A DNA stretch of 64,000 nt from Trichoplax sp. H2 (lineage: Eukaryota), in assembly GCA_003344405.1 (NCBI GenBank), contig NOWV01000025.1, positions 558,001 to 622,000 of the forward strand, written 5' to 3'. Positions within the stretch are counted from its first letter, which is position 1. Each line of letters opens with the position of its first letter. The notes beneath the pieces were generated by a model. The model was not told the DNA's origin. It saw only the letters and a program-made list of their open reading frames with translations, and made no database searches. A program made the position numbers and the translations under genes. Shown here one piece after another: positions 37,042-49,488 of the stretch.

Positions 37042-38935
37042 CAATGGATTCGATCGGAAAGAGACTTATCCTGTATTAAATTAAATTAAAGCGGCTATAA
37101 ATTGATTTGTAAAGACTGCTCCACTAATCAGCGAGTAAGATAAGTTGGCCAGATGTGGATTTTGCGGTTGGAAGTGATGCAGGCTATACGATCAATAATT
37201 TATTCTATTTCATGCTAAGGCAATCCTAGGTCTTCAACGTTCTGGTTCAGGATAGTAATCACTAGCGTCACTTCATATGTTTCAGTGTGGTCAGTCTCTT
37301 TGTATCAGAATAAGCATACAGCGATTTATTACTCAATGACTATAGAGTCCTATAGGGCGTTACAGTACCATTGTCTATTTTGTATGAGAGCGATCGCTTC
37401 AAAATGGCTGTCTGCTCTCCAACGGTCTCTATCTCATTATTTAACCCACTCAATTTATAATGGTTGTGTATTTCTATCTCATTCCCAGCAATGGAATACA
37501 AACTGCTGATATACACTAAGTTATTGAGTATGTTCACTATCCTTTTACAACGAATCGATGCTCAATGCCAATTGAATATCGGCAGTACCTTCTTATAAGC
37601 CTGCCTACAAGGTTATTGCCCGCGCAGGAGGCATTTCAACGTTGTAGTTACGATGGAAATGATGGCTATAAAAGGATTTTAAATCGTAAGAAATCCATTT
37701 CTGGCTACATTGAATACGAAATTAGCATACATTAAGCTCTCCATACTATCTGATTCCAGATCCAATGGCAATGCACGCAATTAATATTTTACCTGGATAA
37801 ATTGAATTCATGAATAAATGATATTGAACACATGATATTCTTGGGGATTAGGCAATTCCTGCGTCATGGATTTAGAAGCAACTAAAAATACGCGTACAAT
37901 TGCATCTATTGCATTAAAAATTTCAAAAATACTGGATAGTGATAATTGAGCATCATAGGGATAAAATATTTGTAAGCTCTTAATAAAAGCTGTTTCGATG
38001 TGATGTATCCGTCATTAAATAGTGTTTTTATTCAAATTTTACCTTAATTTAAATAACAAGATATTCAGTATCAGAATAGCACCTAGCCACTCCTAGTCAA
38101 ATGCTTGAAAATTGGAAAATGATAAGCATTGCTATAATATATACCCTTGTACAAAATAAATCGCAATCAAGGCAAGTAGTACTGCATTATCCAGTAATGC
38201 ATAGTATTAAAAAAGGTATTAGTAGCGTTAATGATGATTCGGTAGAATAGACTTGATTCCGACTACAGTAGATTAATTAGGATACGCGTATTTTCAGTGC
38301 AAATTAATTATCTTCAAGAGAATCCGAATGTCATTTAAATGTCTAGATGGTCATTGTAAGAATAACTTAGCTACTTATAGTCAATTAATTGAAAATCGCA
38401 AAATGACTTGTACTACTATTATAATATAAATCCTAGCACAATATAAGCTGCAACCAACGGGGGCATACTGCATCACTCAATAACTTAAAAATATTAAAAT
38501 GGCGTAATAGCATTTGCAATGTTGATGGTGATTCAATGAAGCCGATTCGACTACGAATTTAGTACATTTAGGCACTAACTTTATTGACACAGCTACAACA
38601 TCAATTTCTAAAGGTACAAAATCTCTTAAACTAAGTCATTGAAATAAAAGTTATCATACTATACAGCGGTAGTTCTATAATAATTGCTACGGAAGAAGAT
38701 CCATCATCATCATTATTACTATCATTGTCAAAATTGCAGTTTTTACACTTGACCAATAGATCATAACCGTCCAGTGCATTCAAGCTCATCATCATTCATA
38801 GTATGGCATAAAATTATAAGACAACATTTGTATGCTTATGTCTTGGCTAATGCAAATAATGTAATTATAGTCTAAAGATACCAAAAACTGTAGACAGTGA
38901 TGGCGTTAAGCCTTTCATGTGAATACAGGATATCA

Positions 38936-38949
38936 GTTGCCATGGCAAC
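38936..38949. promoter_or_regulatory. RFX X-box (perfect palindrome GTTGCCATGGCAAC)
   Basis: Exact consensus, extending to the 16-bp palindrome AGTTGCCATGGCAACT. It lies just before a candidate non-coding first exon of CCDC153 (donor gtaagc ~39056, acceptor tttcatag ~39248). Confidence 0.85.
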
Positions 38950-39297
38950 TACCGTTATAATTTATAACTAGCACATTCTGGCGCTGTCCACCCATCAGAT
39001 GTAGAGTAAAAAGGCTCTGGACCTGCTATACTTATAATTTGACTTCCATAAAAACGTAAGCATGATATAAAAACGCTCGAGATTATAATAATACTAGTCG
39101 TAGGATCGTTATTTCCCCTACATTGCATACCTTATAGTAGTACGATATTGTTGCTTTCGCTATAATATTACTATAACAACTTTTAGGATAAATATTAACT
39201 GTAATTAATTTAGAAACAAATTATAAATTAAAGAAAGTATTTTCATAGAGTCAATAATAGAAATAGTTCACCAATTGCAAATACATCCAGTTTGAAA

Positions 39298-41534
39298 ATG
39301 CCACCAAAACAAAAACTACGAAAAGGGAGAAAGAAAAAGAAAGGTAAGATGATGACTAGAAATTTACTTACATACAATAGCATGTTGTAAATTGTTCAAT
39401 GGTATCATTGATGAATTCAAATAGCAAGTTGAAATTGAATGCATAAAAATGCCTCACAATTTACGATATATATTCGTACCTAGGTGTAGGCTGTATCGCA
39501 TTTGAATGTATTTTACAACAGTATATTGCAATAATTGAAATCATTTTAATTATTATACAGCATAAATTAACAATTTTAAACGTCCGGCCATTAATTGTTA
39601 CGCCTTTAATAAGAAAACCAAGTTGTTTGTCAAAAATAGCTTACGACGTACTCGCATGTATATGCCGATTATGTCGTACATTAATGCTTTTATAACAATA
39701 TGGCACGACAATTAAAACATGTTCTCTTATTATTGATTTCTTAAACTGCAGCATGGAATAACAACTCTTATACATTAGGCTATTAACTATCAAATCTTTA
39801 TCAGGAGGAAAAAAGAGTTCACTGTATAAATGTAATTCTTAGTCTTTTTTAAAACTAAGAAATTATTAATTTCTATTCTACAAGAACGTCTTATAGCGAA
39901 TAGGCAAACGACCTGTTTAACGTCAACATGATAGATTCGAGCACATGTTAATGCGTTGTATCTCACATTTACAAATTGGTAGAATACAAGTCTTCTGAGT
40001 TTACAATTTTAATTTAAAAATGTCATTGTCGATTTAATTAATGTTGCATTTATTGGTAATTTTTAGCGAGTTAATAATTTCACTAAGTGAGACTGTAACA
40101 TCGCAATTAGCTATTGTCATACTACTGTAGTTTATGGCTAATACAGTATGTTATTAAATTTACTCTAGACGATGGGTTGAACATTGAAGAAAAATATAAG
40201 AAAACATTAAAAGAAATTGAGATGCTAAAGATTCGTTTGGGTAATTTTCATACAAGATGAAATCTTGCGATAAGAACCTTTTTACAATTCAATGCTGTCT
40301 TTGATACCATTCATTCTTAATTAATATAGAAAGAGTGTAATAATAAACTTCTGTTTTATCAACAAAGAATTCTAGTATACATTGCAACTCAATCCCTTCA
40401 ATACAAATTAGGCCTACCTTTTTAGTCAATATTATTGGCTATTAATTTAAATGTATTCATATTGCAAATATCTAGTCAGCCATCATGAGATAACTCGTCG
40501 TGCCAAAGAAGCATCCGATATTTGGAAGGTTAAAATGCGATCAGCTGAAGATGACATAGAAGAAGAAAAGAAAACAAAATTAGACTTAACATCAGGTAAT
40601 ATGATCAATCTAATATAAGCTAATGCCAATTCAACAGAGAGTCTAGTTTATCCTCCTACTAAGGTGCTAGCTACTTATCTTATTTTGTGTCTAGCTAAAA
40701 GCATACCTGTAACTTTCAAATTTGAATTTAGACTTGGCTAGGCAATACAAAACTATGCAAATGGAAATGGCCCTTAAGATTCATTCTTTAGAATCTACTG
40801 TAGCTAACCTTAACGAAAAGATTTGTAAGTATAGCCTCACTGAGTTATGGCAATGTAGCCGATATTTTCGGTAGTAGTTAATGAGCAGAATGCATATTAT
40901 TTTCCAAGCTGCAACAGTATTTTTATATTAATATCTGTTGTTGTATTTACTGTTATATCATGATGATAATTTGAAATTCAGTAAAACTTTGTGCTCAATA
41001 AATTCTTATAATGATAGCGGCTCTTAAATTTATTCTCACTAGCTGCTTTGATACAAGGCTGGTTAAGATAGGAAATTGAGTAGATACCATTTCCTAAATG
41101 ATATAGGTATAAATTTATCATTTACTTACATCAAAATCGCTATTATCATAGATAAGTTAGAAGAAGAGTTAAAATCAACTAAAAGTGACAAAGATGAAAT
41201 TATACGTCAAAAAAATTTCACCATTCAAGAATTACAGCTTAGGATCGATGATATGGAAGCTACATATGAAGCTATAGTTAATGTAGGTGATATCATTTCT
41301 TCCTGTGAGGATAAGACAATAATCTTTACAGAATAAGGTGTACTATGGTTCACTTTATTACTGTCTAAAGTAATATAATATCATTTAAATTTATATCCAT
41401 TATAGGAAGCTCTTGACGATTTATCTGAAGAGGTTGATACCTCTCGAGCAAGATGGGAAAAGCAGGCATCGTTGTTGGAACTAGAAAATAGGCAAGCTCT
41501 AATGGAATTTGGATTAAATCCTGGCGATTTATAA
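39298..41534 (+). CDS. CCDC153: Coiled-coil protein CCDC153-like (axonemal DRC12), 6 exons
   Basis: MPPKQKLRKGRKKKK | DDGLNIEEKYKKTLKEIEMLKIRL | VSHHEITRRAKEASD.. | DLARQYKTMQMEM.. | ..KDEIIRQKNFTIQELQLRIDDMEATYEAIV | ..RARWEKQ..LMEFGLNPGDL*. Exons ~39298-39343, 40170-40221, 40476-40595, 40732-40824, 41152-41283, 41406-41534. Confidence 0.82.
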
Positions 41535-42366
41535 TGCTCTTATCAAATTTCTATTGGATATATGTTTTTAATTTCTAAAATTTATTTAAAATGGTCTGGT
41601 AAACATTTATAATTTTCTTTTCAAATGTGCTTGAGTTATGGTTTTAATACATCGTATTAAATACTAGTATTAGATCCTACAAATTTGAAAATTGATAAAT
41701 TGTAAACGTTAACTTGCAATGCCTGATTATTATAATTTATTTACCTACGTCCCTTACAATTGAGAAATGGTGTGAATTGATCATGAAAACGGTCGTGAGC
41801 TGGAGATTATACTGGTGAACTATTCAATGCCAAATATGAAATTATCACTTCTGACAATGAATAACCTTTTTAGTTTTATTAAATTTTAAAATTGGATTAA
41901 TAGTTTTACAACAATGATATTAATTATAAAAGATGTTGGTGTATATTTATGATTAGTACGACGACAGCTAGAAAGATCTTTATGAAGAATAAAACTGTAT
42001 ATAGACTGCAATCGATAGGATCATTTAATTTCTATAAGTTCTGATTACTTGCAGATTGAAATAAAACTAGTAACGTATTATACAAAATGAAAGAGTAATG
42101 ATAGAAAGGCTAAAGTTAGCATAGCAATTTCTTCTAAAAGAAATAATAATGGTCATAACCAATCAACTAGAATAGGTACATTGCTAGTATAACAGGGAAT
42201 GCTTCTAGTTACAGCGTGATGGTTAAGGTACATAAATATTACATAACTTGGACATAAAGATATAGGTATATTACAGTAAGAGTTTAATAGTAATTTAATG
42301 AAGAAACCATGACTATAAAAGTTTTCAATATAATATCAGGTGTATTTTATGATCGTCATATTTTGC

Positions 42367-43438
42367 TTAATAAGATAATTTCTTGATAAGTAAATAAACA
42401 TGATTATCTACAGAGAATCCTTGTAAGTTGTTAGGGTCTCCTTGCAATCTCATCAGTAAACCTCCATAAGATATATAGACAGCTCTGTCAATGAGATAAA
42501 TAACAATATCAATACGTTGAAGGATAGATTGTATCCAGTATGCATGAAAGAATATTATTTCTCGTCCAAGATGGATAATATAACTTGATCGACTTACATT
42601 TTGGCTGAATCTTCATCACCTTCTAATCGATAGATTTTACCGTACATTACGTATTCAAAATTATCGGCTTTATTCGGGCCGTTAACACCAAGGGGGTTAT
42701 ATTCGCCATCATCAGCAATGCCATCCTCTCGTAGTGTTGATGCTAACATTAGTCTAAACTTATCACCGTCTTCAACAGGATATAATTGGGAGTTAATATC
42801 CAAGATGAGCTCCATTTTAAAGCTTTCACTATCGCAAATTAATCTTGACACTGAAATGGAATAGCATCACCAACAGTCAGAAGCAAGCCATATGAGAACA
42901 AGAAAACAATGAAAGATTGGATCATTCTTATCGATATCAAGCTCAATGAGTTGTAAAAGCGAGCTATACGTTGAAGTACAAATGATTGTAGTTTGTAAAT
43001 TAGCGAAATTGACCATACCACTACTGCTGTAATTGAAGGATAGATAACTCGAGTAGAAAGTTTTCTTCGAGTTATCCATGTCAAAGGTTCCATCTCCATA
43101 CTACGATGGTATTTTATCACTTGTACTAAGTCATAGAAAACAAGAAGTAGATCGAAATCATGTCTAATCCTACTCATCCACAACATGGACGACTATCTTT
43201 CATTCTCCATCACCTAGCGATGCTATTGTCTCTAGTCAAGTACAGTCATGTTGAATGACTGATGTCTGTCTCTTATTACTCATGAAACTACACTGTAAAA
43301 ATACGCTTATTCATTTGAGATGAAATAAGGTCATAACAGATAGATCAATTAATAATGTAGCATACCGCGATGAAATTTCTTGCCATCAGGATCGATATCT
43401 TTGACATCGAATATATCTTCGAAGAGGACGCCAGCCAT
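42367..43438 (-). CDS. POLR2H: RNA polymerases I/II/III shared subunit RPABC3 (RPB8), 3 exons
   Basis: [24 protein letters not shown] (43438-43366) | [36 protein letters not shown] (42850-42598) | [29 protein letters not shown] (42484-42367). Confidence 0.97.
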
Positions 43439-43609
43439 TTTCACCTTCTCCAGCCACGATCCAAGGCAGTCTAAGGATAAGCGGTGTTTCACAGTGGGCG
43501 CAAATAGTGGAATAGACCAGCATGGCGCGGCTACTTGGCGGTGTACCTCGTACAAGCTGTAGCCATGCAGACAGCATCCCATAGAATTCCTATTATTTTC
43601 CCCTCCAGT

Positions 43610-44610
43610 CCTGTACCTTGTACTGTCCCGTCTATCTGTCGGTAACTTGTAGGCTAGCTGCTAGCACCCACGTGGTACAGTACAGTACACTAGTACCGAT
43701 TGGCGTACAGTACAGTACAACACTGTACACTGTACACTGTACAGTAGTACTGTGCAGTCCCGTAAGCTCATTGGACAGTACTGTACAGTATAGCGAATTG
43801 ACTGTTCTCCAAACTTGTAATTATACTGTAATGCGTTGTAAGTGTCAACGGCGTACGTATATAAGCCGCCACTTTTCAATACATTAAAAGGAGAGCAGAG
43901 TTTGCAGTTAGTTTTACAATAACTTCAACTACGTCTTCAATTTCTTGTCTCAATGCTAAGTGAGAGTAGTACGAACTTTCAATACAGTGGTCAGTATTAG
44001 CACGAGATACAGTAACACACAACACTGTACCGTACAATACAGTACAGTGGAGTCAAAATACTATACTATCCACTATAGTACAGTACTGTACTGTATAGTG
44101 CTGTACCTACCGTATATTCTCCACAGACTGTACACTGTACACTGTACAGGACTGTCGACAGCCATGCAGTCCTGTTCTATTTACAGTACATACAGTACTG
44201 TAGTACCATGAGGCACAGTCCTGAATAGCGCTCACTGTACTGTACACTGTACACTGTATTGGACTGTCGACACTCGACACTCGTGCAGTCTTGTTCTATT
44301 TACAGTATATATAGTACGATGGCGCACAGTCCTGAACAGCACTCACTGTACACTGTACACTGTACTGGACTGTCGACAGTCATGCAGTCCTGTTCTATTT
44401 ACTGTACAGTACTGTACAGTACAGTACTGTATTACCATGACGCACAGTCCTGAACAACACTCACTGTACACTGTACACTGTACTGGACTATCGACAGTTC
44501 ATGCAGTCCTGTTCTACTTACAGTACATAGTACCATGACCCACAGTCCTAAACAGCGCTCACTGTACACTGTACACTGTACCGTACTGGACTGCAGTTAC
44601 TGTAGCAACA
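43610..44610. repeat. TACAG/TACTG/TACACTG-rich divergent promoter between POLR2H and CCDC191, including a ~100-120 bp minisatellite (~4.3 copies, ~44125-44595)
   Basis: The anchor cagtcct[g/a]aa[c/t]a[g/a]c[g/a]ctcactgtac occurs at 44216, 44327, 44445 and 44543. Mixed-orientation pentamers and heptamers are dense throughout. Confidence 0.9.
44596..44609. promoter_or_regulatory. RFX X-box-like element GTTACTGTAGCAAC
   Basis: Fits GTTRCYRYRGYAAC and lies ~40 bp upstream of the first ATG candidate (AAGATGGCG, 44647) of CCDC191-like. Confidence 0.6.
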
Positions 44611-44646
44611 TACCCATCCAAATCGGTTTCAAACGGCCTACCGAAG

Positions 44647-47600
44647 ATGGCGCAATCTGCAACTTTGCAATCGACAGTCAATATCCAGATATACACATAT
44701 TATTATTAATGACCATTGGTAAGGTAATAACAGAAGCTCAGTGATAGAAATCAATAGCTAAGAAGGATGGCTGAAAGTGGTAATTCCAGTCTTTTCCGAT
44801 GGAGGAGAATCAATCAACCTGCAAAGGTTCGACCTTGATATATCAACAATCGATCATGTTATGAATACGCGTATGCGTACGCTACAATATCAACAACATG
44901 CAGCCAATCAATTGATCAATTATCCTAATACAGTTCTAATTCGATTTGATATAGGCTAGGAGTAAATATAAAACTAGCTATACGGAAAATGATCATTTGG
45001 ATGAATTAATTCAGGTAAGATAGAGTTCAAAAAATAGTCGCTTTTCGAGTAGACGCATGGACAATCAGGTAGAACTATAGCGCAAGATAGTTGGACTCTA
45101 TTCCTTCTTCATGACAATGAATTACAATCATCTTTATGCCGTAGTAAATTTGATCATAACAAATACTATCAGTATTAGTCATAAAATAAGGTATTAAAAC
45201 TATACTGTGCTCCTCTCTTGTCACCAGGAAGTAAATAATCAAATCGATCCTAGTCTATTCGCACATGTAACCGGTCATGCTGATTTATCCGCCTATGATT
45301 ATATACAAGACGACGATTCAGCTCAAGCTGAAGGTTTGTTCGAAGGCTTATCCAGCAATACGTGATAGCATAAATTCCAATCAAATATTGTCACATATCA
45401 AATGGCTACTCAATCAATAGCCTACAGCGAATGAACGTTATTCATCAACAAATCAAACTATTTCCTTCAATCTTGACTATTGTACTTCTATCGTTGTTGA
45501 ATAATTGAAACGCTATCATAATATTATAATTATTATCAATTGCCTTTAGCTAAAGAAATTCTAGATAATTGGATGAATGAAAAATTTACTGGTGATATGC
45601 CTATTGTAGATGAAGATTATTCTCATATCGATCAAGGTAATGGATTAGTAAAATTATCTCCTTTTTTCTATGTACTGTATATTGAATACTAAATCAATGA
45701 TAGAGAGTTGACTGTAACTCGAAAATAGCTGTAGGCACATGGATTAAAGCGATCATTTTTTTTATCCATTTTTGCGTCTAAATAAACACTAGATTCTTAT
45801 GATGTTGGCTTTCCGTTAGTTGGAGATGATCTTGACGAGACAGTTGCTGTACAAAAGGTATTGGATGAGCTATTGAAGAAACCTCTGCAAGGTAAAGCTT
45901 TCCGAGACTTAGGATTGGAAACCCATAAAAAAACAAATAATCCTAAAACAAGAATGGAGATTCGACAACAACAGGTCAGAAAACGTAATAGATATAATTA
46001 CGTACTACTGTCTCTTCTATGCTATGAATAAATTACTGTATGCTAAAATGGAAGCTAAGGCTCTTTCAAACAAGTCGGTTGATAATTATTTATTGATATT
46101 ATATCGAAGATGAAGCAAAAATGGGAAGCACGTAGACAGAAAGAAGCTAAAGCAAAGCAGTTAATTACCAAGCGTCAGGAAGCTACAAAGGAAGCTAAAA
46201 AAATAGTAGATCACGAAGAAAAGCATAAGCTTGCCCGTGCTAGACGAGAAGAACAAGAAATTAATCGTGAAATGGTACGTATACGGAAACTAATGGCAGA
46301 GCAAGCGCGCGCAGAGCAAGAACAACGAGAAAGGTAAAACCGCACTGTATGACACTTTATAGTACGCTAGCACAAATGTTAAATTACAATCATTACCAAG
46401 ATTACATTCACATTTATATTTACTTATTATAACCACCTAGAATTACTATAGTAATTAGTAAAAACCTTGTACAGACGGCTTATTCTGATAGCAAAATTAC
46501 CTTTGGGTAAGGTTTATGAAACTACGAGATTTTTCAATCTTATACTTTTAGGGAGGAATTTATGCGTATGGAAGCAGAAAGTAGGGCTAAACAAGATATT
46601 GAAAGTAGTAACACGATGAGGCTTGAAATCGATAGAGAGCAACGCAGGAAGGAGCAACAAGAATTAGACAAAAGGAAAAGATTGCTTAAAATTAAAGAAA
46701 TGCATGCTAAGCGTAATTTAATGGTAACTAAATTGACAATGAAAATGGTAATTATCTATTTTTGCGTTAACCTTCATTTTTATCTACTGGTAGCTTTTAC
46801 GTAGGCATTTCTCCGCTTGGTATACAATTTTAGCTGAAAAGCATCTTAAAATTGGTAAAATCAGAGCAATAATGGACTTTAAATTCAAGTTGAAAGTCTG
46901 GAATGCGTGGCGATCTTACGTTCGCAATACTAACGCTGAACGAGAGACGTATGCATTTCAAAAATCTATGAGAAAGGTCATCCGGTTAGTGAGGATTTTC
47001 ATTATTCGTTATTGCGTAAATATTTATAATTATAGTATACCTTATCTTTAATATCTAAGATAGATTTTTCATATCATTAATTTAAATCCTTGTTTATGCT
47101 AATTATTAGAAACGAACAAATTGCAATCGAACATTGGCGAATTAATGTATTACAGCAATGCTTCATGGCTTGGTATCATTGGAGTCGGACAGCATTACAG
47201 CAACGAATGGAAGAAATGCAACATAGAGTCAAAAAGAAAAAGATGGCGGCGTTTTTAGAAGCTGCTGCTACTGGAAAATTATGGAATAAGGATGAACCTA
47301 CAGGAAAGCAGGCTAAAAGTATTCCTTCTGCAAATGTTGCTGATGATGACATGAGATACGAAATTGCTAGTGTCATTGAAGGAAAATTAACATCTGTAAG
47401 GCTAGCAATTATACTTATGTGTAATTTATAATTGAGACCGGATCAAACACACCCACGAGTGAACGTTACCTTTTACAGAGGATATAATATTTGTTTTTAT
47501 TGTTGATAAAATTTAGGGTAAATCAAATATTGCGCATACAGAATCCAAGCACAGAAAAAATCAAGTTAAAATAGATCACAACGTCGGTCAGGACCAAGGC

Positions 47601-49488
47601 CCAAAATCTGCTTGGAGTAAAAGTAAAATTTCTAAATCATATGGCCAGAAAAGTTCTGTATACAGTTCTAAACCTAAAAGCAGGCCTCAAGAAAAGACAA
47701 ATATCGAAGAATATGACGATGGTACAAGACCTTTCTTTAGCAAAGCAACAAAATCATCAAAATCAACGAAATCGCCGAGATATGATGAAATAAAGATTGA
47801 GAATATTGATGCAGAAGCCTATTCTGAATTTAACGAAGAAGTAAATGATATTAACGATGCTGTTTTGGACGATACGAACAGTGGAACTTATCTACCAAAC
47901 TCTCGTCGTTCGATTCAAGATGATACAGTCAATAAAACGGAAAGAGAAGATGTGAAGAGCAACCCCAATATTGAGTTAAACGATGACAAGGCCACAATTA
48001 GTAATCTACCCTCTAATTTACCTACAGTTGGTGAAAAAGTAAATTATAAGCATATATCGCGGGATACTGCTATAGTTAAAAAAAATCATCGTATTATAAA
48101 AGCACCGGGAATGTCAGGTAAACTTATGTATGCTACATCTACTTTAGTTGATCGTATAACGGGCTGAAAATTTATCTTCTCTTTTCCATTGTAAAGCTAT
48201 GGAGAAAAGAGCCAGAGAACGAGAGGAGCGTAAAAGAATTCTAGAGGAGAAAAAAAGAATGCAAGACGAGGAACGATTGGTATGGCTATAAAAATTTTAA
48301 AATTTTAATAGTCATGCATCGTGGCAATATCAGAATATGGTTACATATAAACGTATAACTATTTTGATTATTTTCAGACTAAAATTAAACTAGAAGAAGA
48401 GCAACGACGCTTGCAAGAATATGCAGCAAAACAAACAAGAATTGAGAAATTGAAAGACGAGAAGAGACAAACTAAACAGGTAAGCAGGATATTGTACGCT
48501 ATACGAGTATGTATTGCTAACAAATGATGTGCTACCATAATTTTTCCATCATTTCTTTACATTTACTGTTTTATGAAGATATAAATTTACTGTATATTTG
48601 TCTTAATCTTCTTCCAAATGTTCTATTATGTAATAACGATAGAGAGAAATTGAGAAACAGCAACGAATTGAACATATGGCTAAAATTAATTATCAAGCAG
48701 AATTATTCCGTTATCGTTTATTATTAACCAAATACGGTGTAGATCCAATGAAAAAATTGGTGAAGATGACGAAAAGAAACTTCGATTTAGCAGCTCAGCA
48801 TGACGTGCAGCGAATTAAGAAGTTTACTTTAATAGCTTGGCATAAAGTAGCAGAAATAGCAAGACTACAAAAGGAGGCAGTTGCTGATGATTTTTACTGT
48901 ATGATTATTACTCGAAAGTATCATAAGTTATGGATTCAAGTAAGTCTCTTGCTTTATATCTGTATAATGCTTGAAAAAATTATTTGACATACCGTATTCT
49001 TGATATACTCACATTCGTCATACCCAGATTATTTCGATCGATCTTAGTTTTACATATATATTTTTTTAATAGTATGTTAAAGAGGCGAGAAATCAATACG
49101 TTATTGCTCAAGAACACAATCAGAAGAGATTATTACAGTTATATATGCAGAAATGGAAGAAATTCACTCATGAAGAAGTCTTGTTCTATTGGGAAAAAGA
49201 CAGAAGGGCGAAGAAGCATGATCAACGGTAGCAATTTCTTAAATATAGTGTTACAACTTTTTCTATAAACGTCCTGTAAGTTAGCTTACTATTCTATTAA
49301 TTGATCAATTTAGGAGATTGAAACTAGCCATGTTAAAAAATTGGCGAGAGTTTGTGCCCTTACACAGGAAAGAGAAAGAAAAGAATAGAAGAAAAGAAGA
49401 ATTGAGAAGAAAAGTGACAAATTGGCTGCCAGATTTTTCTTGGACGAATAAATCGGACGATGAACAACCAAATGAAGAAAATAATTAA
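44647..49488 (+). CDS. CCDC191: Coiled-coil protein CCDC191-like, multi-exon; first coding exon uncertain
   Basis: Spliced segments YIQDDDSAQAEAKEILDNWM, LGLETHKKTNNPKTRMEIRQQQ, RHFSAWY..HLKIGKIRAIMDFKFKLKVWNAWR, KKKMAAFLEAAATGKLW, KAMEKRAREREERK and C-terminal EELRRKVTNWLPDF..NN* (stop 49486-49488) resemble CCDC191 as recalled. Candidate starts are 44647 and ~44709. Confidence 0.75.

Noticed and set aside
44125..44595. CRISPR-like repeat-spacer appearance
   Set aside because: The intervening segments are homologous to each other, the context is eukaryotic, and no cas genes are present; it is a minisatellite.
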